NCBI GenBank assembly: GCA_903880015.1
Contig: CAIRNS010000029.1
Location: 5,378-69,377 of the forward strand
Direction: 5' to 3'
DNA from: an uncultured Elusimicrobia bacterium
GTDB taxonomy: Bacteria > Elusimicrobiota > Endomicrobiia > Endomicrobiales > CAIRNS01
DNA: 64,000 bases
Shown here: positions 38,747 to 48,876 of the stretch, piece by piece
Layout: the number at the start of each line of letters is the position of its first letter
How positions within the stretch are numbered: position 1 is the first letter of the stretch
Made by a program: the position numbers and the translations under genes
The notes under the pieces: generated by a model
The model's input: the letters and a program-made list of their open reading frames with translations, nothing else
The model's database searches: none
Told to the model about the DNA's origin: nothing

Positions 38747-40414
38747 TTATCGGATGATGGCGAGTTTTCCGGTTTTGGTTATGGTGTCCGCTTTTACACG
38801 GTAGAGATAAATACCGGGTGCAACATCTTCGTTGGACTCATTCTTGCCGTTCCAATCACATTCATACACCCACTTATTGTTAACTGATTTATCCAAGCGC
38901 AACAAAAATGTATCTTTGTTAAATGATGCCACTTTCTCGCCGGCAATAGTATAAATGTCCAAAAAAATACTTTCTGGCGGACGGGTTGCCTGGAAGACCA
39001 CCGTCGTTATCACACCGCTGGCGGAACGCGGATGAGGGTGTCCTGCCCCCGAGGGGTTAGGATAATTGGTTAATTTGTCTATGCTTGCCTCCGGCAATAC
39101 CACAATTTTCTTAAAACTGGCGTCCGCGCGTCCTGACTGAAGAATAATATCAGCGATTGCTATGTCGGTAACACCACCACTAAAAGTATTTGACCGAGGC
39201 GAAACAAAGGATGAACCAGCGACAAAAGCGTCACTGGGGTGCCCGGGTGCTTTAAAGGAACCGGCAGCAGGGACAAGAGCAACGCCGCGGTGCGGCACCC
39301 CGCTGTTGACATCATTGTTCGATAACCGCGTCGCATTAAGCGCAATAGCGTCATCAATATGCCATATGACGATACCGGAGCCAGGAGCAGTTAAATCATA
39401 TTTCATGCGCGTGGAATCCGGATTACGGTATTCGGCAATAAAATACTCTGTGGAAACAGCACTGTCAATCGGTATCTTGTAATAACCGGTTGTCTGTGCG
39501 GTTTCAATGTCGCCAAATTCAATTTTCTTGCTGTCTGAGAGCAAGCGGGTAGGCAAATCGACATATTTAAGAAAGTTTTTAGACCATACATCCAAATGAG
39601 GAGGGTTACCCGAATTATCTGTACCGTAAGGATAATCCATTAAACTCCATGCGCCCATAGTGCTGGTGCCCCCAGCATTGGTGGTATCATAGAGGTCAGG
39701 AAGCGCCAGTTGATGGCCAAACTCATGACAGATAACCCCCAACTGCGTATAGCTGGGGGCAGATACAGCAGCCGGGACTACCGTAAACCCGTCAAATGTC
39801 TTCGGGCCGGTACCGGCGGAATTAAGCGCCTGCGGGTCATACATTGACCACAAATCAGCTGAATCCCCCGATTCTTCTTCTCCCGCCCCGGCATGGTAAA
39901 TCATCAGATAATCATAATCGGAATATCCCGCACCCGGAGGCGAGGGCATACCAGCCGTAGCGTCTGTAAACAGCCGCGTTAAATCAGCATCTGTTTCATT
40001 GTTGTAGGAACCAACGTTTTTCGGAAGAGTCACGCTGGTGGTCACCGTCGCCGTAACGGTGAACAGCGTATATGAATTCTCATAGTAGTAATTGCGCATG
40101 GATGAAAAAAATGTCGCTGCATCCGTCAAGTAAGAAGCCGGTAAACTAGGTCCACTCCCGGGAAATTGCACGGGTATAACCAATATCTTTTTTGTTGTAG
40201 CTGTCAGTAATGCTTTTTCACCCGCCATCCGTATCGCGCCTTTCATCTGAAGAGATAGGCGCATCTTCTCCCCCATAGAACGACACGATTTGAATGCAAC
40301 TGGCTTTTGATGGGTAGCCCCTCCCCGATTGATAGGCGGCGCAGCAAAAAGAAAATCATGCCCCATAATAATCGTCGCAAAAAGAAGCAATAAACCAACC
40401 AATATTCTATTCAT
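38747..40414 (-). CDS. M6 family zinc metalloprotease with C-terminal T9SS type A/FlgD-Ig sorting-like domain
   Basis: Signal peptide; YY.ENSY, HAGAGEE, HEFGH..ALPDLYD, WSLM..G and GIVIWHID; C-terminus NYPNP...IYTIAGEKV...WNGKN....VAPGIYLYRV......GKLAIIR. Confidence 0.9.
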   Translation of the reverse strand: MNRILVGLLLLFATIIMGHDFLFAAPPINRGGATHQKPVAFKSCRSMGEKMRLSLQMKGAIRMAGEKALLTATTKKILVIPVQFPGSGPSLPASYLTDAATFFSSMRNYYYENSYTLFTVTATVTTSVTLPKNVGSYNNETDADLTRLFTDATAGMPSPPGAGYSDYDYLMIYHAGAGEEESGDSADLWSMYDPQALNSAGTGPKTFDGFTVVPAAVSAPSYTQLGVICHEFGHQLALPDLYDTTNAGGTSTMGAWSLMDYPYGTDNSGNPPHLDVWSKNFLKYVDLPTRLLSDSKKIEFGDIETAQTTGYYKIPIDSAVSTEYFIAEYRNPDSTRMKYDLTAPGSGIVIWHIDDAIALNATRLSNNDVNSGVPHRGVALVPAAGSFKAPGHPSDAFVAGSSFVSPRSNTFSGGVTDIAIADIILQSGRADASFKKIVVLPEASIDKLTNYPNPSGAGHPHPRSASGVITTVVFQATRPPESIFLDIYTIAGEKVASFNKDTFLLRLDKSVNNKWVYECDWNGKNESNEDVAPGIYLYRVKADTITKTGKLAIIR

Positions 40415-40438
40415 AATTATTTAATAATCTTTAACTTA

Positions 40439-40527
40439 AAATCCGCCCCAGCCCTCCTTTGCAAAAGGAGGGAGTTTGCGGCAATATCCTTACCCCCCCC
40501 TTTGCAAAGGGAGATTCAGGGGGATTT
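40439..40527. repeat. Inverted doublet of AAATCC..CCCTTTGCAAAGGG palindromic repeat, family C
   Basis: AAATCCGCCCCAGCCCTCCTTTGCAAAAGGAGGG faces the reverse complement AAATCCCCCTGAATCTCCCTTTGCAAAGGGGGG. Confidence 0.7.
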
Positions 40528-40545
40528 GATGTGTTCTGTTTGCTT

Positions 40546-40588
40546 AAAAAAATGAAGACGCGAAACGACTTGGTCGTTTCGCGTCTTC
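40546..40588 (-). terminator. Intrinsic terminator of the lipoprotein/barrel operon
   Basis: 16-bp perfect stem GAAGACGCGAAACGAC/GTCGTTTCGCGTCTTC followed by a U-run on the minus strand. Confidence 0.8.
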
Positions 40589-40610
40589 GTATTAAGTATG
40601 CGAAAACAAC

Positions 40611-42194
40611 CTATTTCTTCTTTGCTGACGGTACCGATAACTTATCCGGCAGCGCTGCGGCCGGTTTTGCGACAGGCGGAGCAGGCGTTATTGCAGGAAC
40701 TACCGCTGGGGTTGTTGCCGTCGCCGGCGATTGAACGGGAACCACAGCTGCCGGAGCAACAGGAACAACAGGCGTCACAGGGGATACAACCGGCATCACC
40801 GGGGTGACCGTTGTCGAGGTGACGGGGTTAGTCACACTCGTCGGCGGGACAAGTATTTGCCCCGTTGTCGGAGCAATCAAATCAACCGCAGGTGCCGGAG
40901 ATATATTTTTAACAGGAACTGGTTTTGTCGCCTTCTTTACAACTACATCCTCTTCGGACTTTACATCATTGCCGTATGCCCGGCCTTTAGCGTCGCCCCA
41001 GCTCAGAGCGAGCGTTATCTGGTGATTCCATTCAGGCAACTGTCCGGCAAATCTGCCGGTTTCATCAGCCCAGTAGGCATAATCTGCACGCAACCCAAGG
41101 TAAGGAACGCGCAATCCGCCACCGAATGTCGGATAACCGGAATTAAAGCCGCCCCGGACGGAGATTGGGCCAAAGCGCATTTCGGCGCCCATATGCACTT
41201 TCTTCCAGCCGGTATCATCAAAAAGGCGCTCATCGGTATTTAAAATATCGCGAATATCACCGACAAAAACAATGCGGTCGTGAGTATTAATCGCTTTGCC
41301 CGGCCAATATGCGATTTTTGACGGGATATACGCTACACCGGTGTTCCACTGTGAGTTTATCATCCCGGTATAAGCTGCTTTATCCAGTTGACCTGCTTTT
41401 GAAGCGGTTACTTTGTCGTATTTTATAGTCGTACCACCCACATCCGTGATCTGCAATCCAAGATTCCAGCGCGTGGTCGGCTGATACATTGCGCCCAAAT
41501 CCATACCATATCCATCACCGCTTTGAAGCTGAGGATTAAAGTTCTGGAATTCAAGAACTGATTTATTGAGTTCTTCAATTTTGTTGCGGGAAATAGCTTT
41601 AAGTGTCGTACCGATGGACGCCTTCCCAGGTAAGTAAGGGACACTATTAAACTGGTGCGCCAGAGGAATAGCCGCAACCGCATCAATATTGCCGAATACA
41701 CTTATGCTGGGAATTATCAAACTGCGGTTAAACTGAAAACCGATTTCTGCCTGAGCGAATATTCCGGCGCCCCAGGTAATGTTCTTGTTGCCCGTCAAAT
41801 AACTCGTATTGGGCAAACCGACTCTGACGCGGGGGCGATAGGTCGTTATACGATCATTGATAACATTGAGAAGATCAATCTTTTTCTGATTCGTCAACTT
41901 ATCAAAGTTTTCAAGATCAGTTTTATTATCCTGATAAAAATTGTAAAAATTCAGGACATCTTCGCTGATGTTAATCGGTATTTCAAATGCAACAAACTGA
42001 CTTCCCTGTCGCTGGGTCAACCCCGCGGGATTGTAGAAAATTGCATTCTGATCGTCGCTGAGCGCGACAAACGCACCACCCATGCCGAGCGGACGGACAC
42101 CACGAAAGAACACCGGCGTCTCGGCAGCAATTACGGTCGCGCTTAACAGGGTAGCTGTGATTGAAAGACAAATAAAGCGTTTAATTGTTTGCAT
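40611..42194 (-). CDS. PorV/FadL/TraF-like outer-membrane beta-barrel with Pro/Val/Thr/Ala-rich C-terminal tail
   Basis: Signal peptide; GVRPLGMGGAFVALSDDQNAIFYNPAGL hatch motif; GYGMDLGAMY, HMGAE, RGGFNSGY.TFG.G and DYAY strands; low-complexity tail of ~120 aa. Confidence 0.8.
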   Translation of the reverse strand: MQTIKRFICLSITATLLSATVIAAETPVFFRGVRPLGMGGAFVALSDDQNAIFYNPAGLTQRQGSQFVAFEIPINISEDVLNFYNFYQDNKTDLENFDKLTNQKKIDLLNVINDRITTYRPRVRVGLPNTSYLTGNKNITWGAGIFAQAEIGFQFNRSLIIPSISVFGNIDAVAAIPLAHQFNSVPYLPGKASIGTTLKAISRNKIEELNKSVLEFQNFNPQLQSGDGYGMDLGAMYQPTTRWNLGLQITDVGGTTIKYDKVTASKAGQLDKAAYTGMINSQWNTGVAYIPSKIAYWPGKAINTHDRIVFVGDIRDILNTDERLFDDTGWKKVHMGAEMRFGPISVRGGFNSGYPTFGGGLRVPYLGLRADYAYWADETGRFAGQLPEWNHQITLALSWGDAKGRAYGNDVKSEEDVVVKKATKPVPVKNISPAPAVDLIAPTTGQILVPPTSVTNPVTSTTVTPVMPVVSPVTPVVPVAPAAVVPVQSPATATTPAVVPAITPAPPVAKPAAALPDKLSVPSAKKK

Positions 42195-42209
42195 GTCGTT
42201 CTCTCCCCT

Positions 42210-43043
42210 TTATAGATAGTCAGTGTTGATATCCGCAAGCGTAACTCCCGCAAGGGACGACTGTGATTTCAAGTTGGTCAGCAATGCATCGACATCTTTC
42301 TTGATGTCAGCGACAGAAGAATCATTGCCCAGATTAAGTTTTTCATATACAGTTTTCAAGCGTTGAAACGCACTGGCAATATCTTTAGAAGCATCAACCA
42401 TGACCTGTTGCTCAGCGGCCGTAAGACCCGACTTGATGTTCACAAAAGTATAATCGGAATTTACGGTGAAAATACCCGCATCCTGAACATTAGTCGCGGC
42501 ACGCAGTATAAGACAGAATGCCGTGTTAATATTGGCATCAGCACTGTCAGGGGCTATAACACCGTCCGCTGTCCCCTTTATAATTTTTGGCAAAAGGTCG
42601 CTCTGCAAGACCCTGGCAACCGCCGCTCTAATTTTGGGCAGGTTATCAATAATCGATTGAGGCAGAATGTTAGTCGCAGGCGCACTGGCTTTCGCAATGG
42701 TGCTTAATGCCGGCGTGAGATGATTGACTGATGGCGCACTTGTTTGTTTAACCAGATTGGCGACTAACGCGGAAATATCCAAACCAGACTCCGCAAGAGT
42801 AGAAGAGGAATACCCATAAATCGCCTCGGTGCTTGAAGGGTCAGCGTCAAGAATTTTTTTATAATACTCAAGAGCTTTTACATAATCTTTTGCTTGAAAA
42901 GCCGCATATGCATCTGCAGCCAACGATTTTACATCCGAACTGGACCCTGCTTTATGCGCAGACCCAAAGAGATTGTTCTTACCACAACCGGTTAATCCTG
43001 CAAACAATAAACACATCAACAATACTGACACTATTCTGGACAT
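42210..43043 (-). CDS. Helical lipoprotein with N-terminal TPR-like repeat
   Basis: Lipobox LTGC; AYAAFQAKDYVKALEYYKKILDADPSSTEAIYG is TPR-like; strong SD AGGAGGAGG. Confidence 0.8.
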   Translation of the reverse strand: MSRIVSVLLMCLLFAGLTGCGKNNLFGSAHKAGSSSDVKSLAADAYAAFQAKDYVKALEYYKKILDADPSSTEAIYGYSSSTLAESGLDISALVANLVKQTSAPSVNHLTPALSTIAKASAPATNILPQSIIDNLPKIRAAVARVLQSDLLPKIIKGTADGVIAPDSADANINTAFCLILRAATNVQDAGIFTVNSDYTFVNIKSGLTAAEQQVMVDASKDIASAFQRLKTVYEKLNLGNDSSVADIKKDVDALLTNLKSQSSLAGVTLADINTDYL

Positions 43044-43098
43044 GTTTTCCTCCTCCTAAATGACTTCTTTTCTTTCTGTTATCCCTATCTTTAAATTC

Positions 43099-43132
43099 TG
43101 TCATCCTCGAATGGTTCTATCGGGGATATGGT
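43099..43132 (+). repeat. TCAT..CGA-loop-TCGGGGATAT palindromic repeat, family D
   Basis: TGTCATCCTCGAATGGTTCTATCGGGGATATGGT; a related copy lies on the minus strand at 48829-48859. Confidence 0.55.
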
Positions 43133-43149
43133 TTTAGTTTTATGTAAAA

Positions 43150-44418
<1,269 letters not shown>

Positions 44419-44431
44419 TCAATTATACTAG

Positions 44432-45610
44432 TTATTTACCGGCTTCACTACGCAGTTTGATGACCATGTTCAGCTCTTCCCAAGTAAACCCGGGAGCGCG
44501 GCGACCAAAATGGCCGTATGAGGCCGTCTTGCCGTAAATCGGCCGTCTTAGTTTTAGATATTCAATAATACCCCGCGGTGTCAGCGGGAAGAGTTTGCGA
44601 ACGATGCGGGAAATCTCTTTATCAGCTATGCGCGCCGTATCATGCGTGTCTATCATGACGGAAACTGGGTCAGCAACGCCGATTGCATATGCCAATTGCA
44701 CCGTGCAGCGCTCAGCCAAGCCAGCGCCAACAACATTCTTGGCAATGTGGCGCGCCATATAGCAGGCACTGCGGTCAACTTTCGTGGGGTCTTTTCCCGA
44801 AAATGCGCCGCCACCGTGTGCAGCCATACCGCCGTAGGTGTCAACGATAATCTTGCGCCCGGTAACACCAGCATCGCCCTGCGGGCCACCGACGACAAAC
44901 TTTCCGGTCGGATTAACAAAATATTTCGTTTTGCTGTCAACCCATTTCCCCACGATAGGCATGATAACCGTTTTGATAATCTCTTTGCGCGATGCCTCTG
45001 TGATCTTCTTTCCGGTGCGGTCAAGAATCTCTTCGGTATGCTGGGAGGATACGACAACCGTGTCAACGCGGACCGGCTTGCCATTCTTGTATTCAACCGT
45101 TACTTGGGATTTGCCATCCGGACCAAGATACTTAAGAATGCCCTTTTTGCGCACTTCGGTGAGACGAAGCGCCAGTTTATGCGCCAACATTATCGGCAGA
45201 GGCATTAATTCCGGGGTTTCCTTGCAGGCATAGCCAATCATCAACCCTTGGTCGCCGGCGCCGCCGGTGTCAACACCCTGCGAAATATCAGGCGACTGCG
45301 CGTGAATAGCATTAAGAATCGCGCAAGTTTTATAGTCAAAACCATACTTTGCATCGTTATATCCTATATCATTGATGACCTTGCGGGTAATTGCGTGAAC
45401 ATCAATGTTCGCTTTAGTGGTAATTTCACCGCCCACGATAACCAATCCCATGGAAATAAAGGTTTCACAGGCCACTCTACCGATGGGATCCTGGCGAAGC
45501 ACCTCGTCAAGAACACCGTCTGATATCTGGTCGCACACTTTATCCGGATGGCCTTCAGTAACTGACTCTGATGTAAAAACAAAATCCTTACCCTTCTGTG
45601 TGTCGTTCAT
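44432..45610 (-). CDS. metK: S-adenosylmethionine synthetase
   Basis: [30 protein letters not shown] and GGGAFSGKD. Confidence 0.98.
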   Translation of the reverse strand: MNDTQKGKDFVFTSESVTEGHPDKVCDQISDGVLDEVLRQDPIGRVACETFISMGLVIVGGEITTKANIDVHAITRKVINDIGYNDAKYGFDYKTCAILNAIHAQSPDISQGVDTGGAGDQGLMIGYACKETPELMPLPIMLAHKLALRLTEVRKKGILKYLGPDGKSQVTVEYKNGKPVRVDTVVVSSQHTEEILDRTGKKITEASRKEIIKTVIMPIVGKWVDSKTKYFVNPTGKFVVGGPQGDAGVTGRKIIVDTYGGMAAHGGGAFSGKDPTKVDRSACYMARHIAKNVVGAGLAERCTVQLAYAIGVADPVSVMIDTHDTARIADKEISRIVRKLFPLTPRGIIEYLKLRRPIYGKTASYGHFGRRAPGFTWEELNMVIKLRSEAGK

Positions 45611-45673
45611 TTCTAAACTTCTCCTTTTTCTATTAACAAATTCACATTGAATAGGGATCTAAACCAATATGTG

Positions 45674-46702
45674 CTAGTCAATGTTGAGAACTGCACCTTC
45701 AAAAACGGAAATATCAGCTGAAACTTTAGCATCATAACCGATGATGCAGTTGTCCAGATGTACATTTTTAGCAACAGTAACTTTTTCCCACAATATCGAG
45801 TTATAAATTGCCGCTTTTTCACCGATGGTGGTATGATCACCTACCGTCGAATATTTACCGATTATAGCATTTTTTCCGATAAAACAATAGTCACCAATTA
45901 CACACGGCGCATGCAGTTGAACCCCCGTGCCGATGGTGGTGCCTTTCCCTACCCAAATCCCCGGCTTAATCTGCGTCCCGGGGATTTCAATTTTAAGTTT
46001 CCGGTCCAAAGCGTCACGGACTCCCTTTTTATATTCGGCAAGATTACCCACATCGGTCCAATATTCATCCATGACATAGCCGAATATTCGTTTTTTCTTC
46101 TTAAGCAGGTCAGGCCACATCTGACTGCCGAAATCATAAAAAGTATCGGCAGGAATATAGCGGAACACTTCGGGCTCCAATATATACATCCCAGTGTTGA
46201 CCGTATTGGCAAACACATCGCTCCAACTGGGTTTCTCAATGAAGCGTTTTATCCGACCGCCTTTATCGGTTAAGGTTACGCCATAATCGAATTTGGTATC
46301 AATGGCTTTGATAACCATCGTTGCCAAAGCTTTGTTTTTTTTATGAAATGCAATGGCTTTGGTCAAATCGATATCGGTCAACCCGTCACCGGACATAACG
46401 ACAAATGTCGAATCAAATAAATCTTCCATCTTTTTGACGCCGCCGGCAGTGCCGAGCAAACTTTTTTCCGTTGAATAGGTTATATGAATTTTATGGCGGG
46501 CACCTGTGCCAAAATGTTTTTTGATGATAGCCGGGTAGGAATGCAGATTTACAACTACCGAACGGATTCCGTGGGCAATTAAATTTTCGATGGTATGTTC
46601 CAAGACCGGTTTATTAACAACCGGGACCATCGGTTTGGGGATTGCGTAGGTTAACGGGCGTAAACGCGTTCCGGCACCGGCAGCCATTACAAATGCTTTC
46701 AC
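45674..46702 (-). CDS. NDP-sugar pyrophosphorylase (mannose-1-phosphate guanylyltransferase-like) with left-handed beta-helix
   Basis: AAGAGTRLRPLT...PKP, GTAG, FIEKP, WTDVG and hexapeptide repeats; GTG start. Confidence 0.9.
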   Translation of the reverse strand: MKAFVMAAGAGTRLRPLTYAIPKPMVPVVNKPVLEHTIENLIAHGIRSVVVNLHSYPAIIKKHFGTGARHKIHITYSTEKSLLGTAGGVKKMEDLFDSTFVVMSGDGLTDIDLTKAIAFHKKNKALATMVIKAIDTKFDYGVTLTDKGGRIKRFIEKPSWSDVFANTVNTGMYILEPEVFRYIPADTFYDFGSQMWPDLLKKKKRIFGYVMDEYWTDVGNLAEYKKGVRDALDRKLKIEIPGTQIKPGIWVGKGTTIGTGVQLHAPCVIGDYCFIGKNAIIGKYSTVGDHTTIGEKAAIYNSILWEKVTVAKNVHLDNCIIGYDAKVSADISVFEGAVLNID

Positions 46703-46742
46703 AAATGTCCTCCGTTAAACTACTGTTTGAATTATTGCTTCA

Positions 46743-46771
46743 GACGGGCGGACGCGAGCCCCGCCCCTACG
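46743..46771 (-). repeat. Single GTAG-type REP, family B
   Basis: Reverse complement CGTAG-GGGCGGGG-CTCGC-GTCCGCCC; same family as 50331-50445. Confidence 0.7.
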
Positions 46772-46798
46772 AATTAAAATGGCACACCTGCGGTATAA

Positions 46799-47854
46799 TT
46801 ACAATTTTGAATAGCGGGTGATTGTTGTTTTGTCGCCCAGCACGGTGCCGGGGCTGATGACGGCATTGGGCTCAACGACACAGTGTTTGCCGATCAATAC
46901 TTTCTCAAGCCGAACGCCTTCGCCGATGCGCGTACCATCGAGAATAACTGAATCAGAAATAACTGTTCCTTTACCAATGGTAACGCCGTTGCCCAGCGAT
47001 ACCGCACCGGAGAAAGTGACTGTGTCGTCGATAATAACACTATCGCCGCACACTAGCGTTCCATCGCACTGCAAATTGTCGCCAAATTTCACATTCTTGC
47101 CGGCGGAGACATTTTTCATGCACTTCTTGCCCGCAATGGCTACCTTAATCCGGTTTGCCATAATATCCGCATGCGCCTGCATATATTTTTCGACTGTACC
47201 GATGTCCATCCAATAATAAGGCGCGGTGTATCCAAATAATGGAAAATTTTGTTCAAGCAGTGAAGGGAAGAGCCCGCGCTCAACCGAATAATGGACGCCG
47301 GCAGGGATATGTTCTAACGCAAGGGGTTCAAAGAGGTATATACCTGCGTTAATCGTATTGCAGGTGACTTCTTCCCATGAGGGTTTTTCAAGAAACTGCC
47401 CAATCTTTCCGTTTTTGTCCGTCTCTATCAAGCCATAGGCGGTAGGATCTTTGACGCGGGTCAGCGCAATAGAAACGCACGCTTTCTTTGCGCGGTGATA
47501 GGCAATAAACTTCGTCACATCAATATCGGTTAAAATATCACCGTTTAAAATGAGCGTGGTTCCCTTGAGCGCATGCATCGCGTTGCGGATAGCTCCACCC
47601 GTCCCCAAGGGAGATTTTTCATGCACATAGCGGATGGTAATACCCCATTTTTCCCCCGTGCCGAAATAGTCCTTAAAAGACCGCGGAAGATAGGAAACAC
47701 AAAAAACCACATCGGTAATTCCATGGCGTTTAAGCAAATCTATCTGATACTCAAGGAACGGTTTATTGAGGATGGGAAGAAGGGGTTTTGGCGTCACGCA
47801 GGTCAAAGGGCGTAATCGGGTACCCATCCCGCCAATCAATATAAGAGCTTTCAT
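46799..47854 (-). CDS. Second NDP-sugar pyrophosphorylase (GMPP-like)
   Basis: MKALILIGGMGTRLRPLT...PKP, LGTGG, FLEKP, WMDIGT and hexapeptide repeats; ATGA overlap with the upstream epimerase. Confidence 0.9.
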   Translation of the reverse strand: MKALILIGGMGTRLRPLTCVTPKPLLPILNKPFLEYQIDLLKRHGITDVVFCVSYLPRSFKDYFGTGEKWGITIRYVHEKSPLGTGGAIRNAMHALKGTTLILNGDILTDIDVTKFIAYHRAKKACVSIALTRVKDPTAYGLIETDKNGKIGQFLEKPSWEEVTCNTINAGIYLFEPLALEHIPAGVHYSVERGLFPSLLEQNFPLFGYTAPYYWMDIGTVEKYMQAHADIMANRIKVAIAGKKCMKNVSAGKNVKFGDNLQCDGTLVCGDSVIIDDTVTFSGAVSLGNGVTIGKGTVISDSVILDGTRIGEGVRLEKVLIGKHCVVEPNAVISPGTVLGDKTTITRYSKL

Positions 47855-48771
47855 GGTTTTTTGAAATAGTCCAAGGTGACGGACAAACCTTTCTCTATGG
47901 CAACAGCAGGTTTCCATCCAAGCACTTTTTCAGCCTTGCGGCTGTCAAGGAAACTGCGCAGAAGCTCGCCCGGGCGAGCGGGTTTGAGAACTGGCGCCTT
48001 TTTATACCCAGTACTACGACTCATCATCCGCGCAAGGTCTCTGACTGATGTCAGTTTTCCGGTGCCGATATTGATAATTTCATTATCTCCCCGCGTCAAC
48101 GCGCGAATGTTGGCATCAACGACATCTTTAACAAAAACATAGTCGCGCGTCTGACTACCGTTGCCGAATATCAGGATACTATCGTTGCCCAGCATACGCT
48201 GAGCAAAAATGGCAACCACACCCGCCTCGCCATGCGGATCCTGGCGCGGACCGTACACATTTGCGTAACGCAAAATCGTGTATTTTATCCCGTAAAGCTC
48301 AGCGTAAAAGTTCAAATAAAATTCGATAGCATATTTACCTATGCCGTACGGGGACAAAGGGTTCCCCCGCGCTGACTCATTAGGCGGCTTTTTACCGCAA
48401 TCACCGTAAATTGTTCCGCCAGAGGATGAAAATATGACCTTTTTAACCCCGTATTTCCGCCCGCTTTCCAAAATATTCAATGTCCCGAGGATATTAACTT
48501 TCGCATCAAACCCGGGGTCGGCCACTGACTTTCGTACATCTATTTGGGCAGCAAGGTGTTCAATTATTTCAGGCCGTTCTTTCTTAAAAATCTTATCAAT
48601 CGCAGGCGCATCGGTAATATCCGCCTTGTAAAACCTCGCCCGAGGATTAATGTTTTTCTTTTTCCCTGACGATAGATTATCTACGATAGCTACCGAATGA
48701 CCCCGATTGACCAATTCGTCAACAATATTAGATCCAATAAACCCCGCCCCACCCGTAACCAAAATCTTCAT
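47851..48771 (-). CDS. NAD-dependent epimerase (UDP-glucose 4-epimerase-like)
   Basis: GGAGFIGS, HLAAQIDVR.S, YGIGK (YxxxK) and NVYGPRQDPHGEAGVV. Confidence 0.92.
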   Translation of the reverse strand: MKILVTGGAGFIGSNIVDELVNRGHSVAIVDNLSSGKKKNINPRARFYKADITDAPAIDKIFKKERPEIIEHLAAQIDVRKSVADPGFDAKVNILGTLNILESGRKYGVKKVIFSSSGGTIYGDCGKKPPNESARGNPLSPYGIGKYAIEFYLNFYAELYGIKYTILRYANVYGPRQDPHGEAGVVAIFAQRMLGNDSILIFGNGSQTRDYVFVKDVVDANIRALTRGDNEIINIGTGKLTSVRDLARMMSRSTGYKKAPVLKPARPGELLRSFLDSRKAEKVLGWKPAVAIEKGLSVTLDYFKKP

Positions 48772-48828
48772 GCAATTTCCTTTTTTTGTATTTACACTAA
48801 AACAGAATGAAAGTATAAATATTTATAC

Positions 48829-48859
48829 ACCATATTCCCGATGAAACCCTCTGGAATGA
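48829..48859 (-). repeat. Second copy of family D palindromic repeat
   Basis: Reverse complement TCATTCCAGAGGGTTTCATCGGGAATATGGT. Confidence 0.5.
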
Positions 48860-48876
48860 GCACAGGATAAGCATTG

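Noticed and set aside
40640-40930. Repetitive-looking DNA as a tandem repeat or CRISPR array
   Set aside because: It is low-complexity Pro/Val/Thr/Ala coding sequence. I saw no constant repeat-spacer periodicity or cas genes in the window.
40611-42194. Conjugative element suggested by the TraF-like barrel
   Set aside because: No relaxase, coupling protein, VirB4 or integrase is present; the motif is shared by FadL/PorV-type barrels.
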